From: an uncultured Syntrophales bacterium
GTDB lineage: Bacteria > Desulfobacterota > Syntrophia > Syntrophales > JADFWA01
Assembly: GCA_964454305.1 (NCBI GenBank)
Contig: CAYVXX010000001.1
Coordinates: 1 to 57,103, forward strand
Reading direction: 5' to 3'
Length of the DNA stretch: 57,103 nucleotides
The notes beneath the pieces are model-generated. The model worked only from the letters and a program-made list of their open reading frames with translations, was not told where the DNA came from and ran no database searches. This document shows positions 42,487 to 51,296 of the stretch, one piece after another. Numbering within the stretch: the first letter of the stretch is position 1; every line of letters begins with the position of its first letter. The position numbers and the translations under genes are program-made.

Positions 42487-43764
42487 TTATTCTTCCCACT
42501 TCTTAAAGATCAAACAACTGTTAACATCACCAAAACCGAAACCCGCCTTGGCAATGATTTTCAAGTCCGGATACTCCATGACTGTGTGCGGGATCTTATC
42601 TGCAAAAGCGACAATCTCCGGGTGTACATCTTCACAATTGATGGATGGGTGCAGGAAACCTTTACATAATTGCAAAATAACAGCGATACTTTCTATCGCT
42701 CCAGTCGCTCCAAGACAATGGCCGATCATAGATTTGGTAGAGTTAATATATGGAAAGTTTTCAGGTCCCAGTTCCAGCGCCTTCGACCAATTTTTAACCT
42801 CGCCCGGATCGGAAAATGTAGCGGTCAGGTGACCGCTGATTGCATCAATTTGTTGCGGAGAGATACCGGCATCGGAAATAGCACCTTTAATGCAGCGTTG
42901 GACTCCTTCCGGATTAGGTGCCGTCATCGTACCGCCGTTGCGATGACCCCCGCAATTGACTGCAGCGCCAATAACCTCCGCATAAATCCGGGCGCCACGC
43001 TGCTTCGCACTCTCCAGTTCCTCAAGCATCAATACACCACTGCCTGAACCGGGAATGAAACCGCTTGCCGACGCGCTCATAGGTCTGGAAGCAGCCTCCG
43101 GACGATCGTTAGACTTCCGACTGAGCACGCGCATGGAATCAAATCCCGCCCATATATAGTGAGATGATCCCTCAGATCCACCAGCCAACATACGCTTTGC
43201 CAACCCCATGCGAATGAGCTTCATAGCGTCGTATATCGCTTCAGTTCCCGTACTGCACGCCGAAGAGTTCGATGTAACCTGATTGCCCAATGCCAACAAA
43301 CCGGCAATACTGGCGCTTACTCCGCTATTCATTACCTGCTCGACCATTGTACTCCCAAGGCGGCGGACCTTCCCGGCATCAACCATCGGAACAATTCTCT
43401 CCCCGATCGTGTCCATGCCCCCGATTCCAGAACCGATAACAGCCCCGGTATCCCAGTCAGCATTGCCGCTGTTGAAAGGTGGCACCTCAAAACCCGCATC
43501 AATCCAGGCATCAATAGCAGCTACAGATGAATACCCTATATTATCGTTAATAGAGAGAAGTTTTTCTTCATCAAAATATTTTTTGCTAATATTCTCAAAA
43601 TCCTGTGGCACTCCAGCTACCTGACAGGCAAAGTTTAATTCCTTGAGTTTGGGAATAAAACGAATTCCCGATCGCCCCTCTCGCAGGGCCTCTTCGAAAT
43701 TATCCAATCCATGAGCACTGGGAGCAATGACTCCCATTCCCGTTACTACTACCCTATTACGCAT
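42487..43764 (-). CDS. Beta-ketoacyl-ACP synthase (FabF/FabB family)
   Basis: RVVVTGMG, SSACSTG, HLTAT, STKSMIGH: Cys-His-His triad. Confidence 0.92.
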   Translation of the reverse strand: MRNRVVVTGMGVIAPSAHGLDNFEEALREGRSGIRFIPKLKELNFACQVAGVPQDFENISKKYFDEEKLLSINDNIGYSSVAAIDAWIDAGFEVPPFNSGNADWDTGAVIGSGIGGMDTIGERIVPMVDAGKVRRLGSTMVEQVMNSGVSASIAGLLALGNQVTSNSSACSTGTEAIYDAMKLIRMGLAKRMLAGGSEGSSHYIWAGFDSMRVLSRKSNDRPEAASRPMSASASGFIPGSGSGVLMLEELESAKQRGARIYAEVIGAAVNCGGHRNGGTMTAPNPEGVQRCIKGAISDAGISPQQIDAISGHLTATFSDPGEVKNWSKALELGPENFPYINSTKSMIGHCLGATGAIESIAVILQLCKGFLHPSINCEDVHPEIVAFADKIPHTVMEYPDLKIIAKAGFGFGDVNSCLIFKKWEE

Positions 43765-44233
43765 TCAAATTACTCCCCATACCGGCCAGTACTCCGGAAC
43801 AGACAGTCTCGCCATTTTCCCTCTGCATACCAACCCTTGTTTTGAGATTTCCTCTTCGAAAATAAACCTTTTCGCCTCTTATTATAACCCGCTCCCCGGG
43901 ACTGACTATACCTGCAAATTCTATATCATCAGCAAGAGTAAAAAGGGTTACTATCTTATTATCTGTTTGCTCATTAAAGGCGTTTTGCTTCATAAGCAGG
44001 TAAATACCGAAGGCAACGACACCTGTTTGCGCCATTGTTTCGATAAGGATCACCCCCGGCGTAATCGGACAATCGGGAAAATGACCCTGGTAAAAATATT
44101 CATCTTCACGAAAACGATACGCCCCAACAATATATTCATCAGTCAATTCCAGTATCTCATCGATAAAACGGAACGGACTTTGCTGGGGTATAGCCTTGAG
44201 CACCTTTTCCATAGTTTTTTCATCAGCCGCCAT
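43757..44233 (-). CDS. FabZ-like 3-hydroxyacyl-ACP dehydratase
   Basis: PFRFID and GHFPDCPITPGVILIETMAQ (His/Glu dyad). Confidence 0.88.
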   Translation of the reverse strand: MAADEKTMEKVLKAIPQQSPFRFIDEILELTDEYIVGAYRFREDEYFYQGHFPDCPITPGVILIETMAQTGVVAFGIYLLMKQNAFNEQTDNKIVTLFTLADDIEFAGIVSPGERVIIRGEKVYFRRGNLKTRVGMQRENGETVCSGVLAGMGSNLNA

Positions 44234-44954
44234 AAAGACCACCATTTACATGAATTACGCTACCGGTAATGTAAGAACCGCGCGTGGCGAGAAAAGCCAC
44301 AACATCGGCAATTTCTTCAGAACTACCCAACCTGCCCAACGGAATATTCGCAAGGATCCCCTGCTTTACCTCCTCAGGGAGTATTTGTGTCAGCGTTGTA
44401 TCTATGAAGCCGGGTGCCACTGAATTAACGAGGATGTTGCGCCCGAATAATTCCTTTGCCAGAGATTTCGTAAAGGCGTCAATAGCGGATTTTTCCATAG
44501 TGTATGGAATCTGTCCTGCATTTCCCGTGTGTCCTACGACGCTGGAAATGTTAATTATCCTCCCACTGTTCTTGCGGAGCATAAAGAGGCGCAATATTCT
44601 TTTGGTCAGGTACCAGGCACCCCGTAGTATCGAACGCTGTCGATCAAATTCCTCAATCTTCATCGAATTTATGTCTTTGTTTATCGATATTCCGGCATTG
44701 TTAATCAGGACATCTACACGGCCTTCCTCACGCTGTACGAACTTTACCATCTCTTCCACCTGATCAATATCAGTGAGATCGGCTTCAACGAGAAAACCGT
44801 CTTCGATTTCAGAGAGAACCTCTCTTGACTCCTTCTCAACAATGCTTATGTAGTTAATCCCTATACGAAATCCTTCCTTCGATAATGCACGGGAACACGC
44901 TGCACCAATCCCCGTACCGCCACCGGTTATCAAAGCTATCGGTTTCTCACTCAT
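44223..44954 (-). CDS. fabG: 3-oxoacyl-ACP reductase (FabG-like SDR)
   Basis: TGGGTGIG, NNAGI, SSVVG, YTMEK, PGFIDT. Confidence 0.85.
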   Translation of the reverse strand: MSEKPIALITGGGTGIGAACSRALSKEGFRIGINYISIVEKESREVLSEIEDGFLVEADLTDIDQVEEMVKFVQREEGRVDVLINNAGISINKDINSMKIEEFDRQRSILRGAWYLTKRILRLFMLRKNSGRIINISSVVGHTGNAGQIPYTMEKSAIDAFTKSLAKELFGRNILVNSVAPGFIDTTLTQILPEEVKQGILANIPLGRLGSSEEIADVVAFLATRGSYITGSVIHVNGGLYGG

Positions 44955-45016
44955 AAATCCTTCCCCTCAAAAGTTTCACGTCTCACGTTTATCTGTGTTT
45001 GTTTTCCTTTAACTTC

Positions 45017-45607
45017 TCAGATCTTTACCATTCCACCTACAGAATTCTGGGATTTCTGCGGATAATCCGGATAGGTTATTCCAGCAAAAACTCCGCTCCG
45101 AGCCTGTTTTACAACTGTGATTAGTTCGTCATCCACAAAAACACTCCCGTCTCCTACAACCACACTTGCCCCCGATTCTTTCTGCTGAAAGTAGCGTTTT
45201 ACCTTTATCTCATATCGAACACATTTATTATAAGGGCGGATTTGCCCGTCGAAAGAAACTTCTCCACAACCGAGCGCCCTGCCGGCACCCAATGATCCAC
45301 GCCAGACACAGTAAAAACCTAATAATTGCCAAATGGCATCCACACAGAGACACCCCGGCTGCACAGGATCACCGCGAAAGTGGCACTGGAAATACCAGGC
45401 GTCAAGGTTTATATCCTGTTCAGCTACAATGGACCCCCTGTTGCCGTTAGTTTTGAAAGAAGTAATGCGATCCATCATAAGAAAAGGTGGCGCAGGAAGA
45501 CGAGCATCAAACCCATCAGGTGGATCTTCCACGAGTGTCCCGTGAGAAAAAGCGAGCAGATCCTTCAATTCAAAATAATCTCGTTCCATAAATTCTATAT
45601 ATTTCAT
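45017..45607 (-). CDS. fabA: FabA-type 3-hydroxyacyl-ACP dehydratase/isomerase
   Basis: LPAPPFLMMDRI, CHFRGDPVQPGCLCVDAIWQLLGFY (His/Asp dyad), GRALGCGEVSF. Confidence 0.87.
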   Translation of the reverse strand: MKYIEFMERDYFELKDLLAFSHGTLVEDPPDGFDARLPAPPFLMMDRITSFKTNGNRGSIVAEQDINLDAWYFQCHFRGDPVQPGCLCVDAIWQLLGFYCVWRGSLGAGRALGCGEVSFDGQIRPYNKCVRYEIKVKRYFQQKESGASVVVGDGSVFVDDELITVVKQARSGVFAGITYPDYPQKSQNSVGGMVKI

Positions 45608-45740
45608 TAATCAACCCCGGCTTTCATAAGAAATTGAAAAGCTCTTCGATGCACTATTCACAAAAATTGAGAGGCGGAACGAGTAAATACCCTCGCTATG
45701 TATTTTCATATCAATACTGACTGCCTAATGCTTACCATGA

Positions 45741-46757
45741 TTATTGCTGACCGTTTGCTCCAACCTCCAGCATCATATAAACCCAGGTAAACCCGGACCC
45801 TACCATCGCCATGGCAACATAAACATCAGGAATAAGATCGTCCCAGTGCTGGCTTAAAACACCTGACGCACCGGCGCATCCCGTATTCCCGAAGTCCGCT
45901 ACATTATGCCAGTGGTTACTCTCTTCAATCCCACAACGCTCACATACAGTCTTCAGCATGCCAAGATTAGCCTGATGCCCTATAAATTTTAACCTTCCTG
46001 AATTTACAGAAAAGGATGCTTGCAATTCTCGCAGGCAATCTGTGGTTTTACGAATGGCAAACCCCTGTACCACATTTCCCTCCTGGTGGAAATATCCCAT
46101 ACGGGGAACAATAACCTTATCCCAGGAAGAAGGTTTCGAATCATAATTACATTTAACGAAGGCCTTATTGGAAGGAACCGATGCGGAAACTATCGTTGCG
46201 GTACCGCCGTCCCCCCATAAAACAGCCGAGCTACGATCGGAATAGTCCACACAGCGGGTAATATTATCAGGATTAACCATCAGAACATAGGGAGGTAACG
46301 ATTCCGGCTTCATCATCCAGAGGAAGTTAATCTGCATGCCAAAACTGGTGCACGCCGAGTTCAGGTCAAAACATGGCACCTCAATTCCCAGTTCTGCAGC
46401 CACTGTAGCCGCCTCCGCCGGAGAGACATAATCTTGAATAGAACTACCCGAAATGATCAGACCGATGTCCTCCAGTTTCAACCCCGCTCGTTTAAGCGCC
46501 ATCCGAGCAGCTGCAGCCGCAGTTTGCGCGTTGCTATACAGCGCCGCCCCGGGTGCCTCCCTTGGATCTCTGTTCTTTGTTGTCACGATATAATCCAGAG
46601 GCAGTACCGTACGGCGAGTATGAATACCGACTCGTTCCAGAATCCATTCCTCGCTGGTACCGATATCCAGATCCTCCAGAAACTTATTGGATATTACATT
46701 CTCGGGATGAAAATGGCCCATACCATGGAGGTACAGTTTACACGGTGAATTTTGCAT
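45741..46757 (-). CDS. FabH-like ketoacyl-ACP synthase III
   Basis: FDLNSACTSF, GHQAN, FGNT: Cys-His-Asn triad; WGDG. Confidence 0.88.
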   Translation of the reverse strand: MQNSPCKLYLHGMGHFHPENVISNKFLEDLDIGTSEEWILERVGIHTRRTVLPLDYIVTTKNRDPREAPGAALYSNAQTAAAAARMALKRAGLKLEDIGLIISGSSIQDYVSPAEAATVAAELGIEVPCFDLNSACTSFGMQINFLWMMKPESLPPYVLMVNPDNITRCVDYSDRSSAVLWGDGGTATIVSASVPSNKAFVKCNYDSKPSSWDKVIVPRMGYFHQEGNVVQGFAIRKTTDCLRELQASFSVNSGRLKFIGHQANLGMLKTVCERCGIEESNHWHNVADFGNTGCAGASGVLSQHWDDLIPDVYVAMAMVGSGFTWVYMMLEVGANGQQ

Positions 46758-46763
46758 TTAATA

Positions 46764-47957
46764 TCACTCCAATTCACGACCGATTATCATATTTTGAACT
46801 TCCCTGACCCCTTCATAAATATCGATAATATGGGCATCCCTTACCAGTTTTGAAATTTCATACTCTGACATAAACCCGTAACCACCATGAAGATGAAGCC
46901 CTTCATTGGCACAGAAAAGAGCCGCTTCTGCTCCGGCATTTTTGGCCAGTGACGCATATCTGCCTCTGGCAGGATCTCCTTCCTGTACCATGACGGCTGC
47001 TTTCATAAGTGCCAGCTCAGCCAGTTCTACCTTTTTCCACATCTCCACTAACATGTCCCTCGCTACCGGCATGTCACAAATTCTCTGCCCGAATTGTCTG
47101 CGTTCTTTTGTGTATTCCATCGTTATATCAAACGCTCTCCTCGCGAGACCAACACCTATAGCTGCAATCATCGGTCTTGCGTAATCAAGGACGCCGATCA
47201 GATAATTGAACCCTCTCCGCCTGTCACCAATGATCTGCTGAGGATCTACTACGACATCCTCAAATGTTACGCTCGCAGTATTTGATAAACATTGTCCAAG
47301 CTTATCCTCCGGTTTACCGGTAAATATTTTTCCTCCATCTCTTAAGACAAGTTCTCTACTTCCATTAGGACTTACCTTTTCGTCGGTGAAATGGGTTGTA
47401 GGGATAACAAGACAGGCCATTAACTGGCTCGTCGGTTTTCCCACTTTACAAAACACGGTAAACTGGGAGGCATAAGAAGCGTTTGTGATAAAACATTTAT
47501 CCCCGTTCAGGACATATTTTCCGTCATCCCTCTTCCTTATGAATGTTGTCATTGCGGAATTATCAGATCCTGCTCCAGGTTCCGTAAGACAAAAAGATGC
47601 AAGAAGAGGTGCCTCGACAAAAGGTGTAAGGAACTCTTCCTTCTGTTCGTCAGTTCCCTGTTGAGAAATCACAACATTCGCCAGATCATTACACATGGCT
47701 GATGTCGAGACTCCTGTATCACCATAGGATAATTCTTCTATTATGAGTGCTGCTGATACAGAATTCAATTCATAACCTTTAATCGATTCAGGGATACACA
47801 GATTCAACAACCCCAACTCCCATGTCTTATTGATTATCTCCCGTGGAAAAACATGCTCTTTATCCATTCTCATTACGTCTGGAAGTATCTCGTTTTTGAC
47901 AAATTTGCGAATAGTATCAAGATAATCGTGCTGCTCCTCGGTAAGACTAAAATCCAT
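46764..47957 (-). CDS. Acyl-CoA (possibly acyl-ACP) dehydrogenase
   Basis: FCLTEPGAGSD, KCFITN, RRQFG, HGGYG, IYEG; start moved to 47957 after AAGGAG. Confidence 0.9.
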   Translation of the reverse strand: MDFSLTEEQHDYLDTIRKFVKNEILPDVMRMDKEHVFPREIINKTWELGLLNLCIPESIKGYELNSVSAALIIEELSYGDTGVSTSAMCNDLANVVISQQGTDEQKEEFLTPFVEAPLLASFCLTEPGAGSDNSAMTTFIRKRDDGKYVLNGDKCFITNASYASQFTVFCKVGKPTSQLMACLVIPTTHFTDEKVSPNGSRELVLRDGGKIFTGKPEDKLGQCLSNTASVTFEDVVVDPQQIIGDRRRGFNYLIGVLDYARPMIAAIGVGLARRAFDITMEYTKERRQFGQRICDMPVARDMLVEMWKKVELAELALMKAAVMVQEGDPARGRYASLAKNAGAEAALFCANEGLHLHGGYGFMSEYEISKLVRDAHIIDIYEGVREVQNMIIGRELE

Positions 47958-48054
47958 AACAAATTCTCCTTTATGTTCTGTCATCAGTAAGACAAAAAAA
48001 TAGCCTTCTGCCTAATCCTTCGTTCTTGCTGAAAGCCAATAGTTGACTACTTAA

Positions 48055-48993
48055 TTAATCTTCAAATACTCGTTTTGCTGCTGAAAGTGTTGTGACTGAC
48101 GAGCACTTCACACCGATGGTCTTAAAAAAGCTTCTCAGCGGGCGGCCCGGGCCAACCTCATATATTCTGTCTGCCTTAGAAGCCAAGACACGCATATTAT
48201 CACGCCACCGTACTGTGTTACTTAACTGAGACACCAATCCGTCAAGTATCTCATCAAGTTTATCTGAATGAAACCCACCGGTATAATTTGAAGTTACTCT
48301 CTCCGCGCCGCTTGGTGTTAATTTCTCTTTCAGAGCATGCAACGTCTTTTTAAAGGCCTCTTCAATTGCTCTCATAAAGTAGCTGTGAAAGGGTGCGCTT
48401 ACATCAAGAGGTACAAATCGGAAAGTCCGTTTTTTATCTGAAGCCATAAGCAGTTTTTCCGCCTCTGGCATGGCACTGGATACTCCGCTGATTACAACCT
48501 GATCTGCAGAATTTATATTCGCAACATCGACAGGAATATCCACTAAGATATCACTGATCATATCCACATCTATATTATCTGAAATAACCGCAGACATAGA
48601 TCCAACCCCCACAGGTACTGCCTCCTGCATAAGGTTGCCACGAATCTGCACAATCTTGAGAGCATCTGACAAAGGCAGGACATCCGCAGCAACAAGGGCT
48701 GTATACTCACCGAGACTGTGACCCCCGAACAATGAAGGTGAAAAGTCATATAGAGATTTCAAGCCCCGCAGCATAGCAATCTCGGTTGTCAGAATGCACG
48801 GCTGAGCATACTCAGTAAGATTGAGCCGCTCATCCATACCAAAACACATGGCAGCCACATCCCATCCGAGGACATCAGAAGCCTCACGATAGGTATCACG
48901 GCTCACCGGAATATTCTCATAAAAGTCCTTTCCCATACCGAAGCGCTGAGATCCCTGACCGGGAAAAACCACTGCTATTTCTTGCTTTACCAT
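48055..48993 (-). CDS. fabD: Malonyl-CoA:ACP transacylase
   Basis: VFPGQGSQ, GHSLGEY, VSAPFHS, EVGPG. Confidence 0.93.
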   Translation of the reverse strand: MVKQEIAVVFPGQGSQRFGMGKDFYENIPVSRDTYREASDVLGWDVAAMCFGMDERLNLTEYAQPCILTTEIAMLRGLKSLYDFSPSLFGGHSLGEYTALVAADVLPLSDALKIVQIRGNLMQEAVPVGVGSMSAVISDNIDVDMISDILVDIPVDVANINSADQVVISGVSSAMPEAEKLLMASDKKRTFRFVPLDVSAPFHSYFMRAIEEAFKKTLHALKEKLTPSGAERVTSNYTGGFHSDKLDEILDGLVSQLSNTVRWRDNMRVLASKADRIYEVGPGRPLRSFFKTIGVKCSSVTTLSAAKRVFED

Positions 48994-49017
48994 AATAACC
49001 GATTCCTTTTAAATATA

Positions 49018-49251
49018 TTAGAATTGTCGAAAAATTGTTTCGAGTAATAATTTGGCCCGTACTTGATACGGGGAAGAATTGTATTTTTTAAAACTCTCTT
49101 TACGTTCTTTAACAGCCATCAATATATAAACACCCACAGCAGAACCAAACGAAATAAAAAGCTTGGTCAATCCACTCTCAATATCAATAACCTTTTCGCA
49201 AATAAACCAAACAACCAGATAAGTCACAGCGGTTGATATTTCCCGCATCAT
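49018..49251 (-). CDS. Small membrane protein (paralog of 14117..14293)
   Basis: 40 of the first 50 residues are identical to the 58-aa ORF; first gene of the fab cluster. Confidence 0.7.
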   Translation of the reverse strand: MMREISTAVTYLVVWFICEKVIDIESGLTKLFISFGSAVGVYILMAVKERKESFKKYNSSPYQVRAKLLLETIFRQF

Positions 49252-49348
49252 TTTGCCCTTTTAACAATGTAAAATCAAAAGTCCCAGAGCCTTTGAGAAT
49301 TTTTGGTGAATTTTGTAAAACTCTCTTCAGCACTATCACTTCTCGCTA

Positions 49349-49365
49349 AGCACTATTCATGCCAG
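49349..49365 (-). promoter_or_regulatory. Sigma-54 (-24/-12) promoter for the fab cluster
   Basis: Minus strand reads CTGGCATGAATAGTGCT (GG-N10-GC), ~100 nt upstream of the first ATG. Confidence 0.6.
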
Positions 49366-49784
49366 AATATACCACAAACACTTTCAAACATTGTAAGTTA
49401 CTGTACTTATTGAATCACTCCTTGTTAAAAACTCTCTTATCCAGAATTATCAAATCAGACTTTTTGGGGCTTATAATGTGCAATTTCCTTCACAGTGGAA
49501 ATAAAACTACACAGTAAAAAATTCTTGACAAATGAGCACAAATTCTAATAAGAAGTTAGGTGAAACCACTACGACAAGAAGCAAATACAAACAACAGAAC
49601 AACAAGCCCGGTCTTAAGACCTTTAAAAACCGAAAAAGTTCTGAGCATCGAAAAACCACATTTTCAAAGCTTTAGTTTTCCCCTTTTTTCTGAAAGCTGA
49701 ACATAGTCTAATTTAGTCAGATTTTTTTGTGCTTTGAAAGCCCATTAAAATAGAAATGAATTTAAAAACTTGGGAGGAAATGAA

Positions 49785-50075
49785 ATGACTGCAAAAGTAT
49801 TGATCAAAAGGAGAGTGGATAGGGAAAAGGAAAAAGAGCTATTGCCTCTTATTTTAGAGCTCAGAACACTGGCCACGTTACAGCCAGGCTACATGTCAGG
49901 TGAAACTTTAAGAAATGCAAAAAGACCCGATGAATACTTAGTAATCAGTACCTGGCGGTCAGTAGATTCATGGAGAGTCTGGGAATCCAGTAATGAAAGA
50001 GCTCAAATACAGAGCAAGATCGATTCTTTGCTGGGGGAGGCAACTGAATTCGAAATTTATCATTACCCCGACTAA
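49785..50075 (+). CDS. Antibiotic biosynthesis monooxygenase (ABM)-domain protein
   Basis: QPGYMSGETL, YLVISTWRS..SW..W; GGAGG RBS. Confidence 0.8.
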   Translation: MTAKVLIKRRVDREKEKELLPLILELRTLATLQPGYMSGETLRNAKRPDEYLVISTWRSVDSWRVWESSNERAQIQSKIDSLLGEATEFEIYHYPD

Positions 50076-50109
50076 AGCCCACATAATTATCCTTACAACA
50101 GGATAGAAT

Positions 50110-50220
50110 GATGCTCCCCGCCCGCAGGGCGGGGCTTCCTGTAGGGATGTGCCTGTTTTATATTGCGCCCCCCCCTTACCCCGCTTAAAAGGGGGGTTCG
50201 CAGTGTACACTCAGGCCAAA
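50110..50220. mobile_element. Palindrome-ended MITE-like repeat (subtype B)
   Basis: gatgctccccgcccgcagggcggggcttcc...ttgcgccccc...ccccgcttaaaagggggg; matches 23976..24061. Confidence 0.65.
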
Positions 50221-50448
50221 GGGAAGACGGTTAAGAAGTAAATGCCTTCACTTTTGGTATTGAAACAGGATTCTAACAACAAAGAAGCTTTGAATATCAA
50301 AATGTCTTATTTCCAAAGCTTTTATATTATTTTTGCCTCCCTCAAGTACTGCAATTTTCCAAGAAACTGATCTCACAATTAACCCTTGACAAATAGTTTC
50401 GACTATGGTTTAAAAACGAGTTCTAATTTTTTGACAGGATCATAATCT

Positions 50449-50586
50449 ATGAAAAAAAATCTAACTAATTTAAGCAACACCAAAAGGAAAAGAACTCACG
50501 GCTTTCGTGCAAGGATGGCCACTAAGGGTGGAAGGTCAGTCCTGAACAGAAGACGAGCAAAAGGAAGAAAGCGGTTAGCCGTTTAA
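50449..50586 (+). CDS. rpmH: 50S ribosomal protein L34
   Basis: Manual translation [45 protein letters not shown]; directly upstream of rnpA. Confidence 0.95.
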   Translation: MKKNLTNLSNTKRKRTHGFRARMATKGGRSVLNRRRAKGRKRLAV

Positions 50587-50644
50587 ACAAAAAACCTTGA
50601 GTAATGGTCGGGAGGTTATATAAAACGGGGCTTATTCTCCAGAA

Positions 50645-50989
50645 ATGATAAAGCAGACTTTTGGTAAACACGAAAGGATTCGAAAAAGAAGAGACTATTT
50701 GAGAGTATACCAAAATGGGTACCGGGTTAACTCTAAAAACTTTATCATTATATTAAGTGAGAATCTGTCAGGGGTAAAGAGACTGGGATTGACGGTCAGT
50801 AAAAAAGCGGGGAACTCTATAAAAAGGAATCGAATTAAGCGTCTCTTAAGAGAATTTTTCAGATTGAATAAAAACAGGTTCCCTCCTTCGCAGGACATAG
50901 TGATAATTGCGAAGAAGAACATACCTCCACTTAAGTATCAAGACGTGTGCAGGGAACTTGAAAATCTCTTAATACAAAGCTTGCACTGA
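50645..50989 (+). CDS. rnpA: RNase P protein component
   Basis: RLGLTVSKKAGNSIKRNRIKRLLREFFR. Confidence 0.95.
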   Translation: MIKQTFGKHERIRKRRDYLRVYQNGYRVNSKNFIIILSENLSGVKRLGLTVSKKAGNSIKRNRIKRLLREFFRLNKNRFPPSQDIVIIAKKNIPPLKYQDVCRELENLLIQSLH

Positions 50990-51031
50990 ATTCTGCCCTG
51001 AAACAAGTTCAGGGTCGATTTCAGTAAAACG

Positions 51032-51268
51032 ATGTTCGGTGAAATGCCTACGCATATCCTCGAAAAGATATTTATTGGTTTTATCAGATTTTACCAGACA
51101 TTCATATCACCTGCTTTCCCCCAATGTTGCCGTTTTTACCCTTCTTGCTCCGAATATGCAATCATCGCCATAAGACGTCACGGCCCCTTTAAGGGATTAT
51201 TGCTTGGTCTGATGCGTTTGCTTCGGTGCAATCCCATGAACCCCGGTGGGTACGACCCTGTGAAATAA
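51032..51268 (+). CDS. yidD: Membrane protein insertion efficiency factor
   Basis: [24 protein letters not shown]...GGYDPV. Confidence 0.94.
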   Translation: MFGEMPTHILEKIFIGFIRFYQTFISPAFPQCCRFYPSCSEYAIIAIRRHGPFKGLLLGLMRLLRCNPMNPGGYDPVK

Positions 51269-51296
51269 CCGAAATGGGAAAAACTGGAGAAATCAA

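Noticed and set aside
49018-49095. C-terminal extension of the second small-protein copy as a functional domain
   Set aside because: It is absent from the paralog and runs through a palindrome (cccgtacttgatacggg), so it is more likely read-through into a repeat.
49600-49745. Riboswitch in the long leader of the ABM gene
   Set aside because: It has inverted repeats (ggtcttaagacc; tttcaaagc/gctttgaaa) but no riboswitch consensus I can recognise.
49252-50448. oriC at the switch in gene orientation near rpmH
   Set aside because: No dnaA and no recognisable DnaA-box cluster; GC skew could not be computed.
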